A stretch of 64,000 nucleotides of DNA from Alphaproteobacteria bacterium (GCA_017961285.1 JAGCXO010000036.1:9277-73276); one strand, 5' to 3'; shown: positions 28,552-39,224, counted from the stretch's first letter. The notes: a model not told the origin generated them from the letters alone. Program-made: numbers and translations.

Positions 28552-29619
28552 TTACAGTTTGCTGAAATTGATCCGCGGGTCAACCAATGAGTAGGTTATA
28601 TCGCTGATGAGCTTTAGGATTAAGCCCAAAAGAGCAAATATGTATAAAGTGCCAAAAATTACAGGGTAGTCACGAGTGGTTATTGCTTCATAGCCCAAAA
28701 GTCCGAGGCCGTTTAGGGAAAATATTACCTCTATCAGTAATGAGCCTGTGAACAACATTTTGATCAACAATGATGGAAAGCCGGCAATAACAATTAACAT
28801 GGCGTTGCGAAAAACATGGCCGTATAAAATGCGGTTTTCGCTCAAACCTTTGGCGCGAGCAGTTAAGACATATGGTTTGTTGAGTTCATCCAAAAAAGAG
28901 TTTTTGGTCAGCATGGTAAGGCTGGCAAACCCGCCGATAACCATTGAGAGTGTCGGTAAAGCGATATGCCAGAAATAGTCAAGAATTTTGTTATACCAGC
29001 TCAAACTTTGCCAATTGTCAGATGTCAATCCGCGCAGAGGAAAGATGTGCCAATAGGTGCCTCCGGCGAGAAATACGATTAAGAATACGGCAAATAAAAA
29101 GACGGGAATCGCAGAGCCGATGACTACAACAAAAGATGTCCAGACGTCAAATTTTGTGCCGTCGCGTACCGCTTTGCGAATGCCTAAAGGAATGGCAATC
29201 AGATAGATGATTAAGGTTGACCATAGGCCTAAAGATATGGAAACAGGCATTCTTTCAACAATCAATTCCCAAACAGTTTTATCTTGGTAATAGCTACGTC
29301 CAAAGTCAAAACAAGCATAGTCTTTTATCATTTTCCAAAAACGCTGATGGGCAGGTTTGTCAAAACCGAATTGTTTTTCCAATTCTGCAATCAGCTCCTC
29401 GGGAACGCCTTGTGAGCCTTGGTAGCGAGAATTTTGGGTATTGAGATTTACACTTGATGTAAGCTGAGATTTTGCATCGGTATTCATACCGCTGTATTGT
29501 GCCAATATGTGTTCAACAGGGCCGCCCGGAGCCATTTGGATTATGGCAAAATTTATGAGCAGAATTCCCAAAAGAGTTACGGGGATGAGTAATAATCGTT
29601 TGAGTATGTAGTTACGCAT
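28552..29619 (-). CDS. yejB: ABC transporter permease (YejB / oligopeptide-type)
   Basis: The N-terminus [25 protein letters not shown] and the EAA-like loop ([24 protein letters not shown]) are typical of DppB/YejB permeases. Confidence 0.85.
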   Translation of the reverse strand: MRNYILKRLLLIPVTLLGILLINFAIIQMAPGGPVEHILAQYSGMNTDAKSQLTSSVNLNTQNSRYQGSQGVPEELIAELEKQFGFDKPAHQRFWKMIKDYACFDFGRSYYQDKTVWELIVERMPVSISLGLWSTLIIYLIAIPLGIRKAVRDGTKFDVWTSFVVVIGSAIPVFLFAVFLIVFLAGGTYWHIFPLRGLTSDNWQSLSWYNKILDYFWHIALPTLSMVIGGFASLTMLTKNSFLDELNKPYVLTARAKGLSENRILYGHVFRNAMLIVIAGFPSLLIKMLFTGSLLIEVIFSLNGLGLLGYEAITTRDYPVIFGTLYIFALLGLILKLISDITYSLVDPRINFSKL

Positions 29620-31416
29620 TTATTTCTCCTCTTTTATCCACCATGTGTCGGGTTGAAATCCGACATGTAAATCGGTTTGTTTTTTGGCGAAACGATTGCG
29701 ATAAGCAACTCTTTGATACGGTGAATACCATTGCATTATCATGTAGTGATTGTTTAGGAGTACGCGGTCAAGGGCTTTGATATATGCGACATATTCTTCT
29801 TTGGTTTGGGCGGTTACTATGCCCTGTAACAATTCGTCAACAACCGGATTTTTGATGCCTAAAAGATTGGAACTTCCTTTGATGTCGGCGGCGGCACTGC
29901 CCCAAAAATCTTTTTGTTCGTTGCCGGGAAGTTGGCTGATGGGAAAAGTTATGATAGCCACATCAAAATCAAAGTTATCAAGTCGGTTCTTGAATACGTT
30001 TACATCAACATTTCTGAAAGTTGCGGTAATGCCGATTTTTTGCAAATTGTTCAAAAACGGTAACATTACGCGAGTGAATGAACTTCCGTTGGCGGCATTA
30101 CTCAAGACCTCAAATTTAAGAGGCTGACCGGTCTTTATGTTGGTCATTTTGCCGTCTTTAAAATCGTATCCGGCTTCTTTCAGGAGTTTTACAGCTTGGC
30201 GCAGATTCTCTCTTGAAGATAAAATGTCTTTGTGAACGGGATTTTGCGGCACGGTGTCAAAAACCGATGTCGGAAGTTGGTCTTTGTATTTGTTCAAGAT
30301 TTGCAGTTCAAGTCCTTGCGGCAAACCGGTTGCTTCCATGCCACTGTTGGAGAAATAGCTGTATAATCTTTCATATTGATTATAAAAAAGGTTGCCCTTT
30401 GCCCATTCATAGTTGAAAGCCAAATCTATGGCTTGGCGCACGCGAATATCTTGAAATTTTTCTTTGCGCAAATTGAAACCGAAATTTTGCAATCTTGCAG
30501 TATTGTTATGGGCGATATTTTCTTTGATTATCAAGTTGTTTTTGACCAAATCGTTATCGTAGCCGGTTACCCAAATTTTGGCGATATATTCTTCGCGCAT
30601 ATCAATGTTGTTGGCAAAAAGAGCTTGTAAGGTGACAGTGGTATCTTGGTAATAGTCATAGCGAATGGTGTCAAAGTTGAAAAAGCCGCGACGGGAGGGA
30701 ATATCTTTGGCCCAATAATCGGGATTGCGTTTGAAGGTCAAATATTTGTTGGGAGAAAAATCTTCCAAAATATAAGGGCCGCTACCAAGAGGGGGTGTAA
30801 GTATCGGTTTGGCAAAATCTTTATCTTTCCAATCGGCGGCAGAATATATTTTTATTTGCGATATTATCAGCGGAAGTTCTTTGTTTTGGCTATCGGGCTT
30901 GAAGTGAAAACGGACGTGACGAGGAGATATTTTTTCAACTCTTTCAACGTCGGAATAATAGATTTTATAGAACGGAGAACCTTTTTCAATGAGGCTGTTA
31001 AAGCTGAAGATGACATCATCTGCGGTAATGGGTTGACCATTGCTGAATTTTGCCCTTTCATCAATGAAAAAACCGACATAATCTTTGGTCAGTTCAAAAG
31101 ATTTGGCAATCAAGGGATAGGCAACAGTGGGGTCATCTGCCGGGACAACAGCAAGAGAATCGAGTGTCAGGTCAACGACTTGGGGAGCGGCAATGCCTTT
31201 GAAGATGAAAGGGTTGAAGTTGTCAAAAGTGCCATAGGCGGGAAGAACAACTTTTCCGCCTTTTTGGGCATGGGGATCGGCATAATCAAAAGATTGCCAA
31301 TTTCCGTTATATTTTGCAATTTCGTATAGGGCTATACGGTCGAGCTTTTCGGCACTGGCATTAAATGAAAACAAGCATAAGAAAATATATAAAAGGAGCT
31401 TATTTTTCATTGGCAA
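29620..31416 (-). CDS. yejA: ABC transporter substrate-binding protein, family 5 (YejA-like)
   Basis: Signal peptide. About 600 aa. Family-5 SBP blocks (GSGPYILEDF, FKRNPDYW). It abuts yejB with no gap. Confidence 0.8.
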   Translation of the reverse strand: MPMKNKLLLYIFLCLFSFNASAEKLDRIALYEIAKYNGNWQSFDYADPHAQKGGKVVLPAYGTFDNFNPFIFKGIAAPQVVDLTLDSLAVVPADDPTVAYPLIAKSFELTKDYVGFFIDERAKFSNGQPITADDVIFSFNSLIEKGSPFYKIYYSDVERVEKISPRHVRFHFKPDSQNKELPLIISQIKIYSAADWKDKDFAKPILTPPLGSGPYILEDFSPNKYLTFKRNPDYWAKDIPSRRGFFNFDTIRYDYYQDTTVTLQALFANNIDMREEYIAKIWVTGYDNDLVKNNLIIKENIAHNNTARLQNFGFNLRKEKFQDIRVRQAIDLAFNYEWAKGNLFYNQYERLYSYFSNSGMEATGLPQGLELQILNKYKDQLPTSVFDTVPQNPVHKDILSSRENLRQAVKLLKEAGYDFKDGKMTNIKTGQPLKFEVLSNAANGSSFTRVMLPFLNNLQKIGITATFRNVDVNVFKNRLDNFDFDVAIITFPISQLPGNEQKDFWGSAAADIKGSSNLLGIKNPVVDELLQGIVTAQTKEEYVAYIKALDRVLLNNHYMIMQWYSPYQRVAYRNRFAKKQTDLHVGFQPDTWWIKEEK

Positions 31417-32494
31417 AAAGTTCTTTGGAGATATCAGAAAAATTGTTTTGATTTAATTCTTCCCATTCTTTTTGCAAGCTTAAGATTGTGCGGTTGTTGT
31501 TGGAGGCGTAGAACGGTGAATCAAAATATTTGGTTACTGATGGTGTATCTTGCGACAGAACAGGTTCTGTATGGCTGTCGTTTTGGGGTTCTTGATTGCC
31601 GAAACTTCTTTCTAAAGCAATGGAAAGAGTGTCGGGAAATATTTTTTCTTCCGGTTGAGGAGCTTGGTTTTTATGCAACTTTTGCCAGAACTTTTTTACT
31701 AAATTAATATTTTCTACGGTTTGATTTTGTAAAAAATGACGTTGATCATCTTCTTCGTCTATATCATTGGTTGGGTTTTGGGTAAAAAAGTCGGAAGTTT
31801 CAGGCTGAGATTCAATGTCATTGATTATGGAAGAAAAAGTTACAAATACTCTTCCAAATGCGCCGCTTTCAATAGTTGAGGACAATTCGTTGTCTTTGGA
31901 TAAGGCGACAAGTTGCGAATAGCGTGAACAAAATTCCTTTAAGCTGCTTAAGAGCAAAGGCTGGTTTTTTACTTTTTCTTTTAACTGATTTTGAAATATG
32001 AAGCTGTTATTTTGTAAATTTATAAAAGCTTTTGCAAAGCCGTAGCGGTTGCCGAGATTGACGTTTTTCCATATGTTGTGAATATCTTTTTCGGGCAAGA
32101 ATTCATAACGTTGCAAAATATCAAACAAAATTTCATTCATTTCGGCAATATAAAAATTTGTTTGTTTTAGGTTGTTTTGCTTGGTTTGTTGTTGTGAAGT
32201 TTGCAAGAGTATGCGAGCTATTATCTCGGAATATTCTTGATTTTTTGCAACTTGTGATGATATCAGGGACAGTTGTTTGCTGAGTGATCTTTCGTTGTGC
32301 AGGGCGCGGATGCGTTCCCAAAAGAACCAAATTACAACAATTGGGGTAAAGGCTACAAACATACAAACAGCCATATCTGAGGTGTTGAGTGTTTCAAAAG
32401 AAGTGCCGGCAAGTCGAATGCCAAGATAGAAATATGTGTAAATAAGCCATAAAACACTTGTAAAAACAGCGGCAAAAAAACTTAATGTCAACAC
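31400..32494 (-). CDS. hypothetical membrane protein
   Basis: Two or three N-terminal TM helices, then a Q/N/E-rich soluble part. Its 3' end overlaps the yejA start by 17 nt. No family recognised. Confidence 0.45.
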   Translation of the reverse strand: MLTLSFFAAVFTSVLWLIYTYFYLGIRLAGTSFETLNTSDMAVCMFVAFTPIVVIWFFWERIRALHNERSLSKQLSLISSQVAKNQEYSEIIARILLQTSQQQTKQNNLKQTNFYIAEMNEILFDILQRYEFLPEKDIHNIWKNVNLGNRYGFAKAFINLQNNSFIFQNQLKEKVKNQPLLLSSLKEFCSRYSQLVALSKDNELSSTIESGAFGRVFVTFSSIINDIESQPETSDFFTQNPTNDIDEEDDQRHFLQNQTVENINLVKKFWQKLHKNQAPQPEEKIFPDTLSIALERSFGNQEPQNDSHTEPVLSQDTPSVTKYFDSPFYASNNNRTILSLQKEWEELNQNNFSDISKELFANEK

Positions 32495-32689
32495 GCTAGG
32501 CCTCCTTAATGATATATAATTAACTTCTTTTTCATAATAATGGTTTTCAAATAGATTTCAATTAAATATTTCGGATTTGCAATGGTAAAAAATAAAATTT
32601 CAATTAACATAAAGAAAAATAATTGTCGAAATTTAGGATAAGTTGTGATAAATTGCTTTTTAATGTTTAATGTGTGAAAGAGTTTTTAT

Positions 32690-33673
32690 ATGAGCAACAA
32701 TAAGAATCAGCCAATGGATTTTGAGAAGAAAATCGCAGAAATTGAAGATAGAATTAAGAGCGTTACGGCTTTGGCAAAGAATAATGATATGGAAATTGAT
32801 AAGGAGCTCAACCGCCTGCAAGCCAAATTGGAAAGACAAATAAAATTGTCTTATGCAAATTTATCTCCTTGGCAAAGGGTGCAGATTGCCAGACATCCCG
32901 AGCGTCCGCAATGTTTGGATTATGTAAAATTATTGATCAAGGATTTTGTGCCTTTGTGCGGCGACAGATTTTTTGCCGATGATGCTACAATGGTTGGAGG
33001 AATCGGTTTATATCACGGAATTTCGGTTGTGGTTATCGGGCAAGAAAAGGGTGTGGATTTGGAGACAAGGGTGAAATATAATTTCGGTATGGCTCGTCCG
33101 GAAGGATATAGAAAAGCCCAGAGATTGATGGATTTGGCTGATAAATTTAATATGCCGGTGATTTGTTTTGTGGATACGGACGGTGCATATCCGGGTATCG
33201 AATCGGAGGCCAGGGGACAAGCTGAAGCGATTGCTTCTTCCATTCAAAAATGTTTGCAGTTGCATGTGCCGATTGTTTCGGTGATTATTGGTATGGGAGG
33301 TTCGGGCGGTGCTATCGCCATTGCTACGGCGAATCGAATATTGATGCTTGAAAATTCTATTTATTCGGTGATTTCTCCGGAAGGCTGTGCTTCTATATTG
33401 TGGCGTTCGGCAGACAAGGCAAAAGAGGCGGCAGAAGCGCTCAAGTTGACGGCACAAGATTTGAAAAATTTTGAAGTTATAGATGAAATTGTAAAAGAGC
33501 CAATCGGCGGCGCTCATCGTGATGCAGTGGCAACAATAGAAAAAGTTGATGAAGCGATTTATCGTCATTTGCAAGAGTTGTTGCTTTTGAGTAGGGATGA
33601 ACTGAAAAAACAGCGTAATGATAAATTTTATGAAATGGGCCGCAATTTGAATCTTGAAATTGCGAAAGGGTAA
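32690..33673 (+). CDS. accA: acetyl-CoA carboxylase carboxyltransferase subunit alpha
   Basis: ARHPERPQ, GMARPEGYRKA, DTDGAYPG and ERGQAEAIA-like blocks. Confidence 0.95.
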   Translation: MSNNKNQPMDFEKKIAEIEDRIKSVTALAKNNDMEIDKELNRLQAKLERQIKLSYANLSPWQRVQIARHPERPQCLDYVKLLIKDFVPLCGDRFFADDATMVGGIGLYHGISVVVIGQEKGVDLETRVKYNFGMARPEGYRKAQRLMDLADKFNMPVICFVDTDGAYPGIESEARGQAEAIASSIQKCLQLHVPIVSVIIGMGGSGGAIAIATANRILMLENSIYSVISPEGCASILWRSADKAKEAAEALKLTAQDLKNFEVIDEIVKEPIGGAHRDAVATIEKVDEAIYRHLQELLLLSRDELKKQRNDKFYEMGRNLNLEIAKG

Positions 33674-33675
33674 AA

Positions 33676-34794
33676 ATGGATACTTTATCTTTTAATGAAA
33701 TTAGTTTTATTGTTACCACGGTTATTTTATGCCTGACATTTTGTCTGCTTTTGGTGATGCTTATCAAAGGACACAGCAATAATGCTTATTTTATGAAATC
33801 ACAAGCAGAGCTTTCGGGCAGACTGATGCAGATGTCGGAACATAACAGTTTTGAACAAAATAAAATTGAACAGGCTATTGCCGAGCAAAAATTGTCGTTA
33901 TTGAAAATTATAGATGAGAAGTTGCTTCAAGTTACACAAAATGTCGGGACAGGGTTGCAACAATCAACGGCAAAAACAAACGAAACTCTGCTCGCTTTGC
34001 GTGAAAGATTGGCAACAATTGATGCGGCGCAAAAGAAAATTTCGTCTTTATCAGAACAGGTTGTGTCATTGCAGGAAATTCTTTCAAATAAGCAGGCTAG
34101 AGGTGCTTTCGGTGAAATTCAGATGCAAGATTTGGTCAGCTCAATTTTGCCGCCGTCGGCATATGAGTTTCAGGTTGTATTATCAAACCAAAAACGAGCC
34201 GATTGTGTTTTAAAACTTCCTAATCCTCCGGGAAAAATTGTTGTTGATTCAAAATTTCCTTTAGAAAGTTATCAGGCTTTACAAAATGCAAATTCGGAAC
34301 ATGAGCGACTTGAGGCAGAACGTTTTTTCAGGGCTTCTGTTATTAAACATATTAAGGATATATCCGAAAAATATATAATTGCCGGAGAAACAGCCGAATC
34401 GGCTATGATGTTTTTGCCTGCAGAAAGCGTTTATGCCGAGTTGCATGCAAGGTTTGTAGATGTGGTTGAATTTTCTTTTAAGCAAAAAGTTTGGATTGTT
34501 TCACCGACAACTTTGATGGCAACATTGAATACGGTTAGAGCGATTTTGAAAGATGCTCACATGAGAGAGCAGGCCGGAGTTATACAAAAAGAAGTGTCAA
34601 ATTTGGTTGATGATGTGAACAGGCTGGATGAAAGAGTTGATAATTTGGCAAAGCACTTTGAGCAAGCAAATAAAGATATCGGCGAGATAAGAACTTCTTC
34701 GGCAAAGATTGTAAAAAGAATCGACAAGATCGAAGAAATTGAGTTTGTGGAAGATGCGGAAACAAAAGTAATACAGCAAAAAAATGCCATTTAG
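33676..34794 (+). CDS. rmuC: DNA recombination protein RmuC
   Basis: N-terminal TM, coiled coil, and the RmuC core (GAFGEIQMQDLV, VVDSKFPLESY, MFLPAESVYAE). Confidence 0.85.
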   Translation: MDTLSFNEISFIVTTVILCLTFCLLLVMLIKGHSNNAYFMKSQAELSGRLMQMSEHNSFEQNKIEQAIAEQKLSLLKIIDEKLLQVTQNVGTGLQQSTAKTNETLLALRERLATIDAAQKKISSLSEQVVSLQEILSNKQARGAFGEIQMQDLVSSILPPSAYEFQVVLSNQKRADCVLKLPNPPGKIVVDSKFPLESYQALQNANSEHERLEAERFFRASVIKHIKDISEKYIIAGETAESAMMFLPAESVYAELHARFVDVVEFSFKQKVWIVSPTTLMATLNTVRAILKDAHMREQAGVIQKEVSNLVDDVNRLDERVDNLAKHFEQANKDIGEIRTSSAKIVKRIDKIEEIEFVEDAETKVIQQKNAI

Positions 34795-34879
34795 GGAATT
34801 TGTTTTTGAAATCTGTTGATTTTTATGATAAAAACTTTTAACTTAAGTTGTGAAAATAATTAAATTATGTGAGGAAAAA

Positions 34880-35158
34880 GTGACTAGATCAGAGTTAATT
34901 GAAAAAATTGCCGCCAAAAATCCAAATTTGACAATAAAAGATATTGAAAATATCGTTGAGGTTATCTTTGCCAGTGTTATTGAGGCAATGGCAAAGGGTG
35001 ACCGTGTCGAGTTTAGGGGGTTTGGTTCTTTTTGTGTGCATACAAGAGAAAAAAGAGCTGCAAAAAATCCGAGAACAGGTGAGAGATTGTTGATAGATGC
35101 TCGCAAGATCCCTCATTTTAAGGCCGGAAAGCAGCTTTATGATATGCTTAATCAATAA
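34880..35158 (+). CDS. ihfB: integration host factor subunit beta
   Basis: VTRSELIEKIA..., RVEFRGFGSF and NPRTGE motifs of IHF/HU. The GTG is preceded by GAGGAA. An alternative GTG at 34850 is possible. Confidence 0.85.
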   Translation: MTRSELIEKIAAKNPNLTIKDIENIVEVIFASVIEAMAKGDRVEFRGFGSFCVHTREKRAAKNPRTGERLLIDARKIPHFKAGKQLYDMLNQ

Positions 35159-35177
35159 TTGTAACGGAGTTCAGGTC

Positions 35178-35624
35178 ATGAGTTTTTTGAGATTTTTGTT
35201 ATTTTTGCCAATAGTTGTCGCGTTGTCCGTTTTGGCTCTTGATAATAGTGGTGAAGTTAGTATTAGCTTATGGCCTTTCATCAATAAAGCTGGTGAAGTG
35301 TTTGTCCTTGAAACAAAGATGAGCATTTTGATTGTTGCTTTATCTCTGTTTATATTTATATATGCCAAGATAGATTCTTGGTTGGCTTATTCGCATTTGC
35401 GTTCGGAGTTGCGAACTCAGCGCCGTCAAAACAAAAAACTTAATGCAGAACAGCAAAAGTTGGTCGAGAAAGTTGAAGGTTTGAAAGAAAATTTGGACAG
35501 TATTGCGCCACAAGAGCAAGTTAAGGCAAAGCCGGCCGGTGTAGGAAAAGTTTCGGCGCTAAGAGAAAAAGTTGCTTCGTGGTTTAAGCGTAAGCCTAAA
35601 AATGATGATTTTTGGTGTTTGTAA
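35178..35624 (+). CDS. LapA/DUF1049-domain inner-membrane protein
   Basis: Two TM helices at the N-terminus (FLRFLLFLPIVVALSVLAL), then a coiled coil. The position directly after ihfB is common in alphaproteobacteria. Confidence 0.6.
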   Translation: MSFLRFLLFLPIVVALSVLALDNSGEVSISLWPFINKAGEVFVLETKMSILIVALSLFIFIYAKIDSWLAYSHLRSELRTQRRQNKKLNAEQQKLVEKVEGLKENLDSIAPQEQVKAKPAGVGKVSALREKVASWFKRKPKNDDFWCL

Positions 35625-35636
35625 CAGCGGGAGCAA

Positions 35637-36524
35637 ATGCAGATGAATTGGCTTTCTGATTTTGTTCGGCCGAAAATTAAGAAAAATGCGCAAAAAGAGA
35701 TTGCGGATGATTTGTGGCTTAAATGTCCAAATTGCAATAAGCTTTTGTTCAGTAAAGAGTTGAAAAAAACTTGGTATGTTTGTCCGGAATGTGATTATCA
35801 CTTGCGTTTGTATTTGGATAAGCGATTGAAACTGCTTTTTGATGATGGGGTATATTCAAAGGTTGAGTTGCCTGATGTTCAGGAAGATCCCTTAAAATTT
35901 AGGGATAGTAAGAGATATCCTGACAGGTTGAAGACATATCGTGAAGTTACCGGTAATAATGATGCTATTAAAGTTGTTAAGGGTAATATCGGTGGAATGA
36001 AGTGCGTTGTTGCGGCGCTTGATTTTGATTTTATGGGTGGTTCTATGGGAATGGCTGTTGGAGAAGGAATTGTTAAGGCGGCAGAAGTTGCATGCAAGCA
36101 AAAAATTCCTTTAATTACGGTTGCCAATTCGGGCGGAGCCAGAATGCAGGAAGGAATTTTGTCTTTGATGCAAATGGCAAGAACTGCTTCGGCCGTTAAC
36201 AAGGTGAAAGAAAGCGGATTGCCGTTTATTTCAATTATGACAGATCCGACAACCGGCGGTGTTTCGGCATCTTTTGCGATGCTCGGTGATATCAATATTG
36301 CAGAACAGGGATGTTTGATTGGTTTTGCAGGACCGAGGGTGATTGAACAAACCATAAGAGAAAAATTGCCTGAGGGTTTTCAGCGTGCTGAATATTTGCG
36401 CGAACACGGGATGGTAGATATTGTGGTTCACAGATCAAAAATGAAAAAAACTTTAGTCGATGTATTGAAAATTTTGACCAACAAGAGAGAACTTTTGCTT
36501 GATGAAGGAAAAATAAGAAAATAA
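35637..36524 (+). CDS. accD: acetyl-CoA carboxylase carboxyltransferase subunit beta
   Basis: Zn-ribbon CPNC...CPEC and the carboxyltransferase core (FMGGSMG, SGGARMQEG). Confidence 0.95.
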   Translation: MQMNWLSDFVRPKIKKNAQKEIADDLWLKCPNCNKLLFSKELKKTWYVCPECDYHLRLYLDKRLKLLFDDGVYSKVELPDVQEDPLKFRDSKRYPDRLKTYREVTGNNDAIKVVKGNIGGMKCVVAALDFDFMGGSMGMAVGEGIVKAAEVACKQKIPLITVANSGGARMQEGILSLMQMARTASAVNKVKESGLPFISIMTDPTTGGVSASFAMLGDINIAEQGCLIGFAGPRVIEQTIREKLPEGFQRAEYLREHGMVDIVVHRSKMKKTLVDVLKILTNKRELLLDEGKIRK

Positions 36525-36542
36525 TACCTATGGGGGTGCTTG

Positions 36543-38027
36543 ATGCTTGCTTTAAAACATATTCCGGTTTGTTCTTTTGATGAAAATGTTGCATATTTAA
36601 ATAAGGATTGTTCAATTTATAAAATTGATAATATCAAGTCTTTGACCAGAGTTGAAATTCACGGCGGAAAAAATCCGGTTTATGCTTTTTTGCAGTTGGT
36701 TGAAGGTAATAAGATTGTAAAACCGAATGAGCTTGGTCTTAATTCGGAAGCATTTGAAAAATTGGGTGTTCCTGAAGGGACAAAAGTTTCTTTGTCGCTG
36801 GCAACTCCGGCTCCAAGTTTGGCGGCAGTAAAGAGAAAAGTATCAGGTAATGTTTTGAGCACAAAAGATTATGCGGAAATTGTCGATGATATTGTGAATA
36901 ACAGATATTCAAATGCAGATATTGCCGCGTTTTTGGTGGCAGTAGGCTCGTTTTTTACACCTTCGGAAGTGGTAGATTTTACCGAGGCTTTATCGGGAAC
37001 AAAAGTTTTGGAGTGGGAGAGAGAAGATATTGTTGTTGATTATGCTTGTGTAGATGAGCCGGTCGGCGGCAAGGCAGATTTGTTGATGGCGGCGATTGTT
37101 GCGGCGTATGGTTTGCCGATGCCGAAAATTGTTTTTTCACGTTCAAATGCGGGCAGTAGTTTGTTGAATACGATGAAGGTTTTTGCTGATGTTGATTTGG
37201 ATTTGAATGATTTGAAAAAACAAGTTTGGGAAAGCCGAGCGGCGATTATTGGTGCGGATAAGCTGGATATTTGTGTGGCTGATAAGATAATCTCTCAAGT
37301 TGAGCGCCAGTGCGGTATTTCTACGATGGAAAGAGTGATTGCCTCGATGATTGCCAATAAGATTGCTGCCGGAATTACGCATTTGTTAGTTGATATACCG
37401 GTAGGTTTGAGGGCAAAAGTTAAGAACACTTCTGAGGCAATGCGTTTGCGCAAATTGATAGAGTATGTATGCGATATTTGTAATGTTAAGGTTGATATCG
37501 CCATTACTGACGGAAGTGAGCCTTTGGGCAACGGAATCGGCGCGGCGTTGGAAGCGCGAGATATTATGAAAATATTGAAAAATGAGGATGATGCGCCGGA
37601 TGATTTGAAGGAAAAATCTTTGTTTGCGGCGGGGAGAATTTTGGAGTTTGATGACAAGTTGCGCGGCGGACAGGGCTATTTGGTGGCAAAGGAGCTTTTG
37701 CGCACCGGAAAAGCGCTTGAGGCATGGGAGCAAATCGTTAGTGCGCAAGGGGAGAAAGACCCGGAATCATTGGGACATTTGACCAGAGATGTTGTTGCGG
37801 TGAAGGGTGGCAAGGTAAAGCGCATAAATGCAAATTTGATGAATAAAATTGCCATTTTGGCGGGCGCGGGACAATATTTGGGCGCGGGAGTGGAAATGTA
37901 TAGGAAAAGTGGCGACAGCGTTGCCGCAGGGGACGTTTTATACAAAATTTATTCCTGCAATTCCAACGATTTTTCGCTGGTTTCGAGCATGATTGAAGAC
38001 GAAAAAAATGCTTTTGAAATGGAATAA
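36543..38027 (+). CDS. thymidine phosphorylase-family protein (long ~500-aa subgroup) with degenerate active-site motifs
   Basis: The architecture and blocks (LMAAIVAAYGLPMPKI, LVDIPVG, GNGIGAALEARD, C-terminal alpha/beta domain) fit the glycosyl-transferase family 3/TP fold. The KHS(T/I)GG and (T/S)PAGTAD/HTGGTLD blocks read YACVDE and AGSSLLN here. Confidence 0.6.
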   Translation: MLALKHIPVCSFDENVAYLNKDCSIYKIDNIKSLTRVEIHGGKNPVYAFLQLVEGNKIVKPNELGLNSEAFEKLGVPEGTKVSLSLATPAPSLAAVKRKVSGNVLSTKDYAEIVDDIVNNRYSNADIAAFLVAVGSFFTPSEVVDFTEALSGTKVLEWEREDIVVDYACVDEPVGGKADLLMAAIVAAYGLPMPKIVFSRSNAGSSLLNTMKVFADVDLDLNDLKKQVWESRAAIIGADKLDICVADKIISQVERQCGISTMERVIASMIANKIAAGITHLLVDIPVGLRAKVKNTSEAMRLRKLIEYVCDICNVKVDIAITDGSEPLGNGIGAALEARDIMKILKNEDDAPDDLKEKSLFAAGRILEFDDKLRGGQGYLVAKELLRTGKALEAWEQIVSAQGEKDPESLGHLTRDVVAVKGGKVKRINANLMNKIAILAGAGQYLGAGVEMYRKSGDSVAAGDVLYKIYSCNSNDFSLVSSMIEDEKNAFEME

Positions 38028-38140
38028 ACGCGTTTGAAGGCGATAAAATCGTTTTTGTTTTTTCGGGCGTGTTAGGATTTTTAACCTAATAGGGATTTTG
38101 GACAAAAAACAAAAATATTGATGTGATTGCGGAGAAAAAA

Positions 38141-38371
38141 ATGCCGAAAATCGGAGCGATTTATAAACACTATAAAAACCATAAAAATTATCAAGTGATT
38201 GCCATTGCCAAACATTCTGAAACGCTTGAGGATATGGTGATTTATAAGGCTTTGTATAAGTCTGAAAATTTTCCGGAGGGGCAGGTTTGGTGCCGGCCGC
38301 TTTCGATGTGGGATGAAATTGTGGACGGCAAGCCAAGGTTTGAAAAAGTGACTATTTTTGATAGCTACTGA
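38141..38371 (+). CDS. DUF1653-family small protein
   Basis: [32 protein letters not shown]...WCRPLSMW matches the DUF1653 pattern. The ATG is preceded by GGAGAA. Confidence 0.65.
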   Translation: MPKIGAIYKHYKNHKNYQVIAIAKHSETLEDMVIYKALYKSENFPEGQVWCRPLSMWDEIVDGKPRFEKVTIFDSY

Positions 38372-39215
38372 TAAATTTTTTTAACACTTTAACGACTTCT
38401 AGTTCAAATAACGGTTGGTTTTTGCGTTTTTCAAGTGTATAGCCGGTATTGCTTAAAAACTGGTAATCTGCTACTTTGATATCAATTTTATAATCCGAAA
38501 TTTTGTTATATTCCTTAATCACATCAACAGCTAAATTACGGTCAAGCCGGTATAAATGGAAAAAATCATTGATACGCGGATTGATGCCTGCCTCGCCAAA
38601 GTCAATAAAGCCGTTTAATCTGTTGTCCTTTATAATCATATTTCCGGCGTGCAAATCATTATGACACAAAGCCAAACCATCGGTTGGGATTGCGGTTTTA
38701 AATGTGTCCAAGTTTATTTTGCCGTTGCTGGCATCTAAAATATTTTCTTTTGCAGAGGTATAATCAAAGTCGGCTAATTCAGTTTTGTTTTCGTTGCGGC
38801 AAGCTTTAGCATATTTTTGTGTTATCGCTTGCGCTTTGTGTATCGGAATTTGATGAATTGCCGCCAAAAGTTCTGCAATATCCACGGCCAACTGATGCCG
38901 CTGTTCGGGATTCATGCTATCGTAAGCATTCGTTTTCTCATTAAAATTTTCTAGCAAAGATCCTTTTATTGCCTGATGATAGGAGCACTTGTCATTAAAT
39001 TGTATGTTAGTTACTTTTGATTTTAAGCAATCAGGCAAGTATTTTTGCATAAGAGCAGAAATTTCTGACTCGCGTTTTTGTTCCATGAGTGAATCATCAC
39101 GGAGCGGTATGCGCACAATCCGGTTGCCAATACGATAGCCGCGGGAGCGTGAGCCGCCGGATATTTCAACAGCATTTTCAGTAGAAAAAGGTAAGTCAAA
39201 ATTGCTTAAATTCAT
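38352..39215 (-). CDS. aminoglycoside/choline-kinase-type phosphotransferase (APH family)
   Basis: Brenner motif [12 protein letters not shown] and the metal-binding IDFGEAG. About 290 aa. Confidence 0.75.
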   Translation of the reverse strand: MNLSNFDLPFSTENAVEISGGSRSRGYRIGNRIVRIPLRDDSLMEQKRESEISALMQKYLPDCLKSKVTNIQFNDKCSYHQAIKGSLLENFNEKTNAYDSMNPEQRHQLAVDIAELLAAIHQIPIHKAQAITQKYAKACRNENKTELADFDYTSAKENILDASNGKINLDTFKTAIPTDGLALCHNDLHAGNMIIKDNRLNGFIDFGEAGINPRINDFFHLYRLDRNLAVDVIKEYNKISDYKIDIKVADYQFLSNTGYTLEKRKNQPLFELEVVKVLKKFISSYQK

Positions 39216-39224
39216 TTTATATCC

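Noticed and set aside
28541-28560. A 10-bp tandem duplication (gttacagttt x2) spans the yejB stop codon.
   Set aside because: It is a single short slippage-type duplication that does not change the reading frame's end. It is not informative.
32495-32689. A repeated atttcaattaa motif (x2) occurs in the AT-rich region upstream of accA.
   Set aside because: Short AT-rich repeats of this kind are expected by chance in a spacer with very low GC (by eye). No palindromic or known operator structure is present.
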